Notes: generated from the letters alone by a model not told the origin. Shown: positions 1-10,733, numbered from the stretch's first letter. The stretch: 64,000 bases of DNA from Paraspadella gotoi (GCA_051294375.1 CM119265.1:21886278-21950277), one strand, 5' to 3'. Made by a program: numbers and translations.

Positions 1-1089
1 AAAATATTTCAAAGAATGTTTCAATTGTATGAAAAGACCACTCCCTTAAGTATTAGATCGGGGAATACTTATTGTACTCCGCACTAGCATCAAAATACAA
101 GGAGCTGAATTTTATGAAATTGGTACAACCAATATAAAAATTTTCCATTCATTTAATAAATAAGCTATCTTGCCCCTGACTTTAGCCTGATATTAGCCGT
201 TAGCATATTATTTTGAATTTCGCTTCAAGTAAGACCAAAATCTTTATCAGTATTACTTTCTTATTAACCTTCATTCACTTCTATTTTGCCATTGAGACTG
301 CTGCTCTTATTTTTTTTTCTCTTAACCGCATGGAATTCCCATCTTTCCCGCTAGAGACTTTCTCGTCGCGAAGAGGAAAAAAAAGGTTCGACTTATTTTT
401 CCCTCGTTTTTGAATTAACCGAAAAAAGAGACGAGTGCTGCCGACGCGGCTGCCCACTCGGCTTCCGACAATCAGCAGCAACGCGGCGCAGTAAAAACAA
501 GGGATTGTTTTCTAGACTGAAGTCAGAGGCAGCGTCTCTGGACGCATCATCGTCTGAAATCCAGAGAAGACGCTTTGGCAGCGTTACGATCAAGAAACTA
601 TAAATTCAAGAGCGTTTTGTGTTTAACCACTTGAAAAATCCGTAAGAAATTCAAATAATAATCGTCCAAAGTTTTCCAGTCAGCTTATGAAATTATTTTC
701 TGATTTTCTGATTTCCTCAATCATGTGTCATCTCCCGCGAAATTGCCGTAATCTAATACATGTCCAACACAACTGACCAACCTCGAGACGATACGGCCAG
801 TTTGTTTACATTTTTAAATCTTTTTCGTGTGTACCGATAAACGGGCGTCATAAAAGATTAGTCTACTAATCAATTATAAATTTACCATTCTTGGCTTATA
901 AGGTTTGGAAATACTTCATAAAACTGAAGAGGGATAAAGTTTGGAAACTTTTCTCAACTTTCTTCGGATCCAATTCACCTTAAAAGACAGATGTAGATGA
1001 CGACTTAACTTACCAATCGATCTCTCACTAGTAAAACCTCACCATAAACAGCCGCAGCCCGCTACCCCCTTCCTGCCTCTCCAAATAAA

Positions 1090-1354
1090 ATGCCGGGCCG
1101 GACCCCCAGCCGCCCGCCGCCGTCTTCGGCCTCCCTTCCCGAGGGTTCCCTCGTGTGGGCGCGGATGAAGGGGTTTTCGTGGTGGCCGAGCCGGATCGAA
1201 GCCCCGAAGCCCGAGATTCGAGCCCCGGCGGCCGCCAAACAGAAGCCCCACAAGTTCTGCTTTTTCTTCGGAGCCGAGAATTTCGCATGGCTAAGGTATC
1301 GGGAGGGTATTTAGTACTTTAAGATTTAATAATTGTATCTTCTCTCTCTCTCTG

Positions 1355-1413
<59 letters not shown>

Positions 1414-4400
1414 CCCCTCCCCAGGTGGAAGCGGAACGCATCGTCGACTACGCGGGAACCGAGGAAAGATGAAACCGGGAAAGATCAGTTCGAATCTGCA
1501 GCGCGCGATCGACGCCATCGAAGAAGCGCTCGTCGCCAAAGCCGCCGCGGACGCCGCCGCAGCCGCCGCAGCCGCCGAGGAGGACGAAGTCGCCGCGGAG
1601 AACGAGGCGTCGGATCGCGACTCTGAGTCATCGGCGTCGAAACCGCGAATGGACGCCGACTTCGATCTCGGCGACGACGACGACGACGACGACGATAATT
1701 TCACGCTGAGCATCTTGAGCGATAAAGGCGGCGCCGGCGGCGGCGCTGTCAAGACTTTCGGCGCCGTCCGCGTCCGCGCCGTCGACGACGACGAAGACGC
1801 CGACTCCGTCTACTTCGATTGCAGCAAATCTCCTTTGGACGACGACGAGAAGAGACGAAACGGCGACGACGACGACGACGCTCACGGGGACGACGACGCC
1901 GTGGCCGAGGCGACGAGGTGAAGGGGAAGGAAGAAGAAAAGAATATGAAAGAAAATGAAGGAAGAGAAAAGAGGAGAAAGCGATTAGCAAAGCCAAAAGA
2001 ATATTTATTTTCTTGGCGAGGATTAGGAAAATAGGTGGGGTGATGAAGTTTTTATTTTATGATTTTATAATTTTTATTTTGCGACGTTTTTCTTTTCTTT
2101 TATTTTTCAGGTAGTTTTCCAACTCTAGCGCCGAACGTGTTGTTTTAGTTAAGGTTTTTATTCGTTGTTTTCCCTCCTCCGGTCATTTATTTGTTGTCAA
2201 ATTTATTTAATGTTTTTGTTCGCCTAATTAAAATCGCACCTTCCCGCTCCTTCACAGAAAGCGCCGCGCCCTCCGATCCAACGCTCCAACTCTCTCTCCC
2301 TCTCTCGATGCTTCACGCGGAAGCCGAAGGAGAAGAAACGACGACGACGACGACCGACGACGATGACAACGACGAACCTTTGGCGAAGCGATCGAAATCG
2401 GACAACGAGTCTTCGCCGGACAAACCCACGACGACCGACGCTACCGTCCCCCGCTCGGAAACGCCCACGGGGTTCTTCATGATGCAGACGCCCGTCAGAA
2501 CCTTTTCCCGGAAACCTAAAGGAGCGACGACGCCGACGACGCCGGCGGTGGAACGTCCATCCGGCGCCGGTTCGACCGGCCGAACCGATTCTACGCCCGC
2601 CGATTCCTTGGACGGGGCGTCTTCGCCTAAGAAGTTCGCTTCGACCACACCTACTGCCTCCGCCTCCAAAACCCAGCCTTCTCCGACGAAGCCTTCCGAC
2701 CAGCTCGCTTCAACTCCCTCGTCGAAACATCAAGCGTCACCGAAGAAAGACGCGGAGACGCCAAAGTCGAAGGAGAAGACGTCCGCGGCGGCTTCCCTCG
2801 CGTCATCTCCGCCCGCCTCCAAGAACACCCCCGCCTCTGTCGCCGCCTCCTCGCCTCCCAAGTCCTCGTCCAAGCTCCTCGCCAAAGCGGAGAAGATTTC
2901 CGCCGCCAACTCTTCCAAGAAAGATTCCGCAAAGGATTCCTCAAAGGATTCCACAAAGGATTCCACAAAGGATTCCGCAAAGGATTCCGCAAAGGATTCC
3001 GCAAAGGATTCCACAAAGGATTCCACAAAGAATTCCACAAAGGATTTGACAAAGGATTCCACAAAAAATTCCACAAAGGATTCCGTCAAGCCTGGGAGAA
3101 AGAGCTTACGAGAGTCGAGCAAAGAGGACGGGAAAGGCTCTGGCAGAGAGTCGGCCAAAGACGGAAAAGCATCGTCGGCCAAAGACGCTTCCTCGAAGAA
3201 AGACGCTACGCCCAAAACGCCGAAATCCTCTCGTCGATCCTCTCCGCCGAAAGAAGCGACAGCGACGACGCCCAAGAGTTCCTCCAAGCACTCGTCCAAG
3301 TCCTCGTCGAAGCCTTCGTCCTCCGCGACGACATCCTCGAAAACCCCGAGCGCCAAGTCCTCATCCTCTTCCTTGAGCAAACCTTCGACGGCTCCGTCGC
3401 CGCTTCGTTTCGGCTTCCTCGGCCTCGGCATCATGGGGGCCTCCATGGCTTCGAATCTCGTCTCCTCGGGCCACGACGTCATGGTCTGGAACCGGACAGC
3501 GTCCAAGTGTCGCGAGGTCGTCAAGATGGGCGCGGAGCGAGGGGCGTCGCCGGCCGACGTCGTCGCCCGATGCGACATAACCTTTAGCTGCGTCGCCGAC
3601 GCCGCCGCCTTGAGGGACGTCGTCTTCGGATCCAGTGGAGCGTTGCAGGGTGAGAAGTTGGAACGAGAATGTTTACCTCGGCGCGTGTTCTTTATCATTC
3701 CATTTTTTCTACTTTGTGTATAGACTTTCGATTTCTTGTTTTTTGGGAATTAGGAGAAAAACAATTTGATTTGTTTTTACAACGAATTATAATGACAGTT
3801 TTTAGCAGACATGTTTCGACTCTGTACTTTAGAGTCTTCATCAGTGTTTTTTTTTCTACTGTAATTTATTTTTTCTCGACTGCAGGCGTTTCGGACGGGA
3901 AAGGCTTCGTGGAAATGTCGACGATCGATTTGGAGACTTGCGTCGACGTCGCGGAGGCGATTCAAACGAGGGGAGGGAAGTTCTTGGAGGCGCCGGTGAG
4001 TTATATTATTTAGGTTTTGGACTTGGATGAATTCAACACGAATTTGTCTCCAATATATATGTACCTGTTATATTTATATAATATAATACTTTCAATATTT
4101 ATACTAATGCCTGCTCTCGTCCACCATATCCGCGCGTCGTTCTTCAGATCTGCGGTTCCCGCGCCCCTGCCCGCCACGGGCGCCTCACTATCTTGGCCGC
4201 CGGCGACAAGGAGCTCTTCGACGAGTGTCGCTCCTGTTTCTCCAGCCTCTCGTCGAAGACCCTCTACCTCGGCGACGTCGGCAACGCGGGAAAGATGAAG
4301 ACCGTGCTCAATCTTCTCGACGGGGTCGTCATGGCCGGTCTGGCCGAGGCCATGGCCCTCACCGAACAAGTAGGAGACAGCGTCTGCAATTTTATTTGTT

Positions 4401-4969
4401 TACCTATATATTGACTTACTAATGAACTTTCCCTTTAGGTGGGACTTCGGCATCAGGATGTTCTGGAGGTGATGGAAACGACGAACCTCGATTGCGAGCT
4501 CGTTCGCGAAAAGGGGCGCGAGATGCTGGATGGCGTCTTCACGCCCTCCATCGCCCTCAAGCATCAGCAGAAGGCAAGCAATCCATTACATAATTTCAAT
4601 CAATCAATCAATCAATCTAGTAGAACATATAATCAATTAATCGATTGAGTAGTGTAATAGGCGGAAAATACTATGTTTTGAAATAAAAAAATTAAAAACA
4701 ATCACAAAAATTCCATTATTTTTTGACTGCACGTCTCTCAATCAGTCAATGCTTTCATCACAACAGTCGTTTAAAAAAAAAAAGAGTAAATGCTGAAATA
4801 AATCTTCCTTCCTCAGGACCTTAAGTTGGCGGTGAGGTTGGCGGACGAGCACCATCTTCCATTGGTGGCCGGGGCCGCGGCTAACGAGCTTTTCAAACGC
4901 GCGCGAGCCATGGGTTACGACGAGCACGACAACAGCGCCGTCTACAGGGCGGCTCAGTACAATTCTTAG
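1090..4969 (+). CDS. GLYR1: GLYR1/NPAC (cytokine-like nuclear factor N-PAC): PWWP domain, acidic and Ser/Lys-rich linker, 3-hydroxyisobutyrate/glyoxylate-reductase-like dehydrogenase domain; multi-exon
   Basis: Exon 1 (1090-~1295/1306) encodes the PWWP core LVWARMKGFSWWPSRI...FCFFFGAENFAWL. Exon 2 (1425-1917) has the PWWP helix LQRAIDAIEEAL. Exon 3 (~2258-3649) ends with the Rossmann motif GFLGLGIMG...VWNRTASK...CDITFSCV. Exons 3886-3995 (FVEMSTID...FLEAP), 4148-4369 (GDVGNAGKMKTVLN), 4439-4573 (LKHQQK) and 4817-4969 (DLKLAV...AAANELFKRARAMGYDEHDNSAVYRA, stop TAG 4967-4969) join in phase. Junctions of exons 1-3 have phase conflicts, probably indel errors. PWWP + beta-HAD is the established GLYR1 architecture. 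Confidence 0.93.
2921..3087 (+). repeat. Coding 12-bp tandem repeat (AAGGATTCC[AG]CA) encoding (K-D/N-S-A/T)n in the GLYR1 linker
   Basis: About 14 consecutive units are visible; translation KDSAKDSSKDSTKDSTKDSAKDSAKDSAKDSTKDSTKNSTKDLTKDSTKNSTKDSV. Confidence 0.95.
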
Positions 4970-5276
4970 ACGAAACAAACTACCACACTGCAGTTTTTTA
5001 CCAGTCCTATAGTGTTTTTAGAGTGTTCGACGAATGAAATTGTTCCTATGAAATTTTATGGAACCTTTTAAATTGTTTTAACGGCACAAGTCTACAAGTT
5101 TTACCATTCTGTCCTTTTATCAAATTTTTATAATCGTTTTCCCTTCATTTTCATGGTCGTGCCATGTACAGACGACTTTCTTGAATTATTTTCTTTCTAC
5201 GAATTGATCAATTTAAAATCATGGCAAGGTTTGTAACTTTTTTATAAGAGGCATTTATATTGTAAATAGTTTCTTC

Positions 5277-5282
5277 AATAAA
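5277..5282 (+). terminator. Candidate polyadenylation signal (AATAAA) of GLYR1
   Basis: AATAAA ~310 nt after the stop codon in an AT-rich 3' region; positional inference only. Confidence 0.35.
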
Positions 5283-5454
5283 AATTTTAAGTTTCAAATT
5301 GGCTTCTGTAATAAATTAATCGACTAAATTCGGCTACTGAGCTAGAAATTGAAAAGCTAAATTCATAAACGGCTGATTAAGCACCAGTGTATTGTGCAGT
5401 CGTTAAGTCACAAGCTTAAATTTTCTGATTAAAATGAATTTCGGTATGCGAATA

Positions 5455-5666
5455 CTATAGCAACGGAGGGACATGTGTGATGCCTGGGATGGGAAGCATC
5501 TCCCTACAGCTGGCGCTCAGGGCTTTGGACCAGCAATGACCGCCCCATGTCACTGGCGTGTTTATGCCGACACCATCACACTTTAACCAGCGTGACCGTT
5601 AAGGGATTGAACCCCGTACTCACGGTTGGTGAACGAGTACTAAGCTGTCCAAGCTAATGGACGAGC
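5455..5666 (-). mobile_element. tRNA-derived SINE-like element
   Basis: On the - strand, an A-box-like TAGCTTGGACAGC (5656-5644) and a consensus B-box GGTTCAATCCC (5613-5603) lie ~30 nt apart. They are followed by ~150 nt of GC-richer body in AT-rich surroundings. No complete cloverleaf or acceptor stem. Confidence 0.55.
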
Positions 5667-7599
5667 TGAGTTTCACTAAGCTATACGGGAGGCGAATTTA
5701 GGATTCGCCACAATACTTTCATTACGACTTTCAATTCAATAACTTCTAATACTTTTATAATTTGTGGTTCTTTAAGACTTATAATTTAATTTTCGGTTAA
5801 TCTGTAACTTTGTTTTATTTTCGTTAAAAACGCTTATAAACGGAGACGCATCGTTTTAGTTAAAAACACCCGAAAAATGCGATTACATAATCAAAATCAA
5901 TGCTTATACTTGGTTAATCATAAGACGCCTGTTGTATTCACTTAAAAATAATGTTATAAGAAACTGGAAAATTAATGGATGAAATTGCCGTTAATAAAGT
6001 TAAAAAGTTATTAAGAAAGTTAATGAACCAAATTGCCGTTTCTTCTAAGAGTCATCTTGCTTAGGGCGCAGTCTTTTTCCTCTAGACTTTGCCAAAAATT
6101 ATCCAAATTTGAAAGTTACTTTTTATTCTAGTTTTTTTTACTATGTTTAACTTGTTTTTTCATCTTTATGTTTAAAGTTTAACTATGTTGAACTTCAAGT
6201 ACATATATCCGAGTGGAGAGAATCAACTGGTACTTTGAATTATATGAAATTTTCTTGTTAACTAATTTTAAAAAATATGGAAATTTAATTAAAATAAATT
6301 GCGATTTACCTAAGAAAATTTCCAGCGTATCCATTTTAGTCTTCGATTCGCGAGAATTTTATCCTCTGCATAGTATAACTTTGAAACGCCACAGTTACAA
6401 AAAATATAGATTTATAGTTTTACGCATCCGAATAAAGCGATGTTTTTTTTCTTGAGTTTCAGATTTGACTTCGATGTAGAGAAGAGACATGCCATCCTCA
6501 ATTTATCGATTCGAATTTTTTAAAAAAGGCGAAAATTTTGTCTCGCTTTTCGACGAAACGTGGACCGACAGTTGAAAGTAAAAAAAAAATGAACGAGAGG
6601 CGAAGATACTTGGAAGATATTTGGAACTTCCGGTCACGCGAGATCAAATATTTCATAGACGGGCGTACGAAGATACTTAAGGAAAGAGTTTAAACGTCGC
6701 CACACTTCGATTCGATCGGGGAATCGAAACGAAAAACTGGCAAGAGTTCTGCGTATGGAAACTCCGTCAATATTTGACGAAATATATTTTTCACAGAAAA
6801 CACGTCGAAAGAACTTCTTCTTTAAGAAGGAAACAATAGCTGAAAAAGCGATGAGAAAAAGTCAGTTCCTTCGAGAGTCATCGTTTTCAAACCAGGAATC
6901 AACTGGAAAAAATGAAAACATTCCATGATGATCTTCGTCGTCGTCGACGTCGTCGTCCTTTCTCCCTCTGCATGCGTGGCCTCCGCATTGGGGGCCGGTT
7001 TCTCAAACTGTCTAGCTCTTGGTTCCTGCGACTAGCCTTAACTTGCCTTACCCTGCCTTATCCAAGGCGCGGGAAAGCGGCGCGGAGAGCACGCGAGATT
7101 TTATATAATTGCGGAAGCGTCCATCTGATCAAATTGTCTCCTTTTCGAAGACGAGAAATTTAATTGATGAGTTGAAGGAAATTAAATAGAAAATGAATTA
7201 ATTAAATGATTATGATGTCAATTCACTACTTTTTCCCTCTGAATTTTGTGATGATAATTGATCATGATGAAAACATTATGTAATAAAAATAACAAAAATA
7301 ATTTATTTTTAATCCTACCTATCCTACCTACTTACGCCAAATTGAATTTTACCAATTTTTAAATATTTGAATATATTTAACGAAAATATTCATACTCATA
7401 TACAGTTTAATGAGTTTTTATCAAGTACTTAAATTGTAATAAAACATAAACAGACATTGATTTTGAAAACACAACATTCATTTTATGTTTTTTTCTTCAA
7501 TGACGCGGTCCCCTCACTGTAAAATATAAATATATAGGAAATAAGAAATAGGAATTAAAAAATTAAAATGAAAAATTGGTAAAGATAGTGATTGTGTGT

Positions 7600-7642
<43 letters not shown>

Positions 7643-7906
7643 CGAGAGAAACTATGTTACGTTTCAATTTTAAATAGGGAACGGAACAAAAACTGGCGAC
7701 TGACATAAGTGATAGTATAATAATATATTTATTGTACTAATAATTACTCACCATCTGCTAAACAGTAACAAAGTTAGTTATTGGCGAAGTCTGAACGTCA
7801 ATCAAGACTCATATGACTGACAAATAAAAATCTTTTAAAAGCGGTTTTTCTTCACATTATAACACAAACTAACTATTATCTAAGCGTATTTACCCGAATC
7901 GTGTAT

Positions 7907-10733
7907 TCATCCGATCGCCGCCAATACCGAGAAGACGAACCAACAAAATGGAAGGACAAGACAACAGCAGATCAGGCACTACAAAAAAAAAACGAACAAA
8001 ATTTATTTCACAGCCCTTATTTCACGATAATAATTCTTAACCAATTTAAAAAAATGTAAAACGCGTAAGCGATGAACAATATAACCGGTCATTTTTTGGG
8101 CATTTTTTCCTATTTTTTTACCCCGATCTATTTTTGCTTAATTTTTCTTTATAATTTTTTTTTGGATAAATCCTATTCCTAATCTTCCTTTCTTTATATT
8201 CACTTTTTAAACCCTAATTTATTTATTTTTTTTTAGTTCTTGAAGTTTTTTGGCGAAATCCTCATTTCCCTTTCTTTAAGTAGGCGGCGAGCTCGGCCTG
8301 AAAATAATTAAATAGAGAATTCCGTTCGAATTTGACTACCCTTTTTAAAAACGTGATTGTAATAAATTCTGGTAGAAAACAGTTTTAAAAATGCACGATT
8401 CCGATATTATTGTGTCTGAAGTGCTTGTCCTATTCTTCTGAAGGCGTTTGATATAGATTTTGATATGAAATAAGCCAAGGGAAAAGGATTACTCCCTTTT
8501 GAAGAATCTCGAAACTAATTTTTTACTGGAGAAATGAACGGGAAAATTTAGAAACTTAACTTTGAAATCGCTATTGCTATATGTTTCTGTTGTATGAAAG
8601 AAAAAGAACATGAAAATGAAGAAAAGGAAGAACTTTAAGAAAAATGAAAATAAAAATGAAAATGAAAATGAAGAAAAGGAAAAACTTAGCCAACGGATTT
8701 ACAATTTTTAAGCGGCAGTCAGAATGAGCGAAAATAAAAAAAACAAACATGTTGAAAAAGAATGGGGAAATTTTCATACTTTTGTTAAGTTTTCTCCACG
8801 ATAAGAGGTCCAATTAAAACGATACTTAGGATTTATACTATATTGACGTCATTCCACATCTTCGTATATAAGAATATAAAAGAACTACCATTGGCTTCTT
8901 CTTTTATAGTCATCACCAGTCCCTTCGTAGGCGTGGGTTCGAATCCCACCGCTGCCACCACATTTAAGTAAGTAGGCAGAGATTTCAACATGAAACCAAA
9001 AGTGGATTTTATTCTCAGAAGGTCACAAGCAAAGACGGTGTCAGAATTTGAGACAGATGGATTCAATACAAAATGGTCCAGTATTTATACTCTACAATCG
9101 GATCATCGACACTGGCTCGTTTTCCCGATGGCATGAAGCCCGTCTTCTCATTGGTTGATTCCCGACGATCATTCATCCAATCGGAGAGTCCTTGGTAGAT
9201 TTCATCCGAGTCGCTGATCCGATTCCATTCTTGGTTCTGATTCCCTCTGCGATGTTCTACTCAATGGTAATTTTTTGCTTTTAATTATTAGCCGATCTGC
9301 TTATTTCTCTTTGTCGGTCCGTCGGTCCGCCCCCCCAATCTTGTCGGTAAGTCACTTAAAGCATGTCAGAACATCAAATTTTGATAAATTATGCCCCAAA
9401 AAATTATTGTCCGTCCGTCCGTCCGTCCGTCCGTCATCTCCGTCCGTCCGTCCGTCCCACCTTAGCATTGAACGCCAATTACTCATTATTGTATTGGGCG
9501 ATTGACTTGAAATTTTGTATGTGGGTAGAGATAAGTGTAGTGAATCAGCTTGAAATCTAGTTTCGATGGAATCGTCGGAGTGGAAATGAGTTTAAATAAA
9601 AAAAAACAATCACCTGTTACAGTATTGATTATGCTTCTTTCTTTTTATATTAATGTAACTGCAGTATGTAATAATTAATCAAATAATTAATCAGTTAATT
9701 TTTATAAATTAGTCAATTAATTAATCATTAATTAATTAATTTCGAATAATTATTCAATCAATCTATTTATTTTTCTATTAATTAATTATTCAATCAATTT
9801 ATTTATTTATAAATTAATTAATTCAATCAATCAATCAAGTAAGTCAATCAATTAATCGTTATCGGCATTATTGTCGTCGCCAATCGCCATAATCGTCGTT
9901 GTTGCTTTTGTCGTGGTCAGTGACGAAAAGACCTAAAAACAAACAGGTCGGATCAAAATAATTAATGAATTATTTGCATTGTTTTCTCAAACTTGTTTAA
10001 AGTTTTGTTTTTTTTTAAATCCTAGATTTATTTTTACGGTAACCTTTTTGCCCTAACTTTTTAAACTTTTTGGGCAAAAATTGAAATAATTATTGACTTT
10101 AGCTCGTTTGAATACTAGATAGCAGACCTTAATCGTTTTGTATTTACCAAGGCGATGGCGTTGATGATTGGATCCCTTTCCTGATTGTATTCAGCTTCTG
10201 GTGGTGGTGGTGGTGGTGGTGGTGGTGCCCCGCTGACGTTCTTTCCTTTGAAGCTTCTCTTTCTTCTCCCCCTCACCACCTTCCTCTTAGTCTTCTTCAC
10301 CACCCTATTGTTGGTGTTCGAGTTGATGTCGTTCATGGCGATCGCCACCTCCCTTTTCTTGCTGCTGTTGTCGTTCCTATTCTCCGAACTTCAAAAAATC
10401 AAAGATAAAACTTTAAGATAAGGTAAGGTTAATTTTCGTAACTTAAGTTAAGTGGCAATGTTTTAAAAAAAACACAGAACAATTAAAATTTTTCATTTCT
10501 AACTTTTTTTTCTGTAACGTTTACCTTACCTCACTGTATCTCCGTTTTCCTTACCTTCTTCTCTTGCCGTCGTTGTCCATGTTTCTCGTCAGAGGAACGG
10601 TTTCCTCTGCACCTTCGTCATCGTCGTCCCTATCGTCGTCGTCGTCGTTGAAGGTGCTGTTGTTGTTGTAGTTGATGTTCGGGTCGGCGACTTCGGCGTC
10701 GTACCACTCGACCACCTCGGGAGCGGTCGACAT
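7907..10733 (-). CDS. Orphan ~163-aa protein: acidic N-terminus, basic segment, poly-Pro, C-terminal Cys-rich hydrophobic (TM-like) tail; alternative soluble terminal exon at 9932-9852
   Basis: Exon 10733-10555 (ATG; donor AG|GTAAGG, phase 2), exon 10388-10148 (acceptor TTTTGAAG|, donor TTG|GTAAAT, phase 0) and exon 7978-7907 (acceptor TTTTTTGTAG|, CLICCCLVLPFCWFVFSVLAAIG*) splice in frame. An alternative phase-0 exon 9932-9852 (TTTTTAG|, VFSSLTTTKATTTIMAIGDDNNADND*) also fits. No recognisable homolog. Confidence 0.6.
8914..8960 (+). pseudogene. 3' part (positions 38 to CCA) of a cytosolic tRNA-Leu(NAG); reads as an extended tRNA-Leu primer-binding site on the - strand
   Basis: CACCAGTCCCTTCGTAGGCGTGGGTTCGAATCCCACCGCTGCCA+CCA matches the 3' anticodon stem, long variable arm, T-arm and 3' acceptor strand of eukaryotic tRNA-Leu, plus the normally non-encoded CCA. 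No 5' half is visible nearby. Confidence 0.88.
8961..9263 (-). mobile_element. Putative ~300-bp LTR immediately 5' of a tRNA-Leu PBS
   Basis: Order on the - strand: CCAAT (9154-9150), TATAAATA (9089-9082), AATAAA (9013-9008), then ~47 nt, then TGGTGGCAGCGGTGGGAT (PBS). Ends are weakly inverted (TGAGTAG...CTACTTA). The canonical terminal CA and a TSD are not evident. Confidence 0.55.
9275..9600. mobile_element. Non-autonomous Helentron/DINE-1-like (HINE-like) repeat with (GTCC)n microsatellite
   Basis: (GTCC/CCGT)n tract at ~9409-9456, followed by GACTTGAAATTTTGTATGTGGG. This layout recalls invertebrate HINE/DINE-1 elements; termini not defined. Confidence 0.35.

Noticed and set aside
213-593. 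Three ~66-aa ORFs upstream of GLYR1
   Set aside because: Non-ATG starts, mutually overlapping, no recognisable motifs.
2921-3087. Regular short repeat array as a possible CRISPR or regulatory array
   Set aside because: Head-to-tail 12-mers with no spacers, in frame within a eukaryotic exon.
1291-3698. Long antisense ORFs (1291-1752, 2651-3076, 2730-3698)
   Set aside because: Shadows of GC-rich, low-complexity GLYR1 exons; no domain features.
6589-7163. Small ORFs (MNERRRYLEDIWNFRSREIKYF...; 6912-7163)
   Set aside because: Short, with no homology or supporting splice structure.
8914-8960. Functional, split or permuted tRNA-Leu gene
   Set aside because: No 5' half (acceptor, D-arm, anticodon) found nearby on either side. 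The encoded CCA and LTR-like context point to a reverse-transcribed copy.
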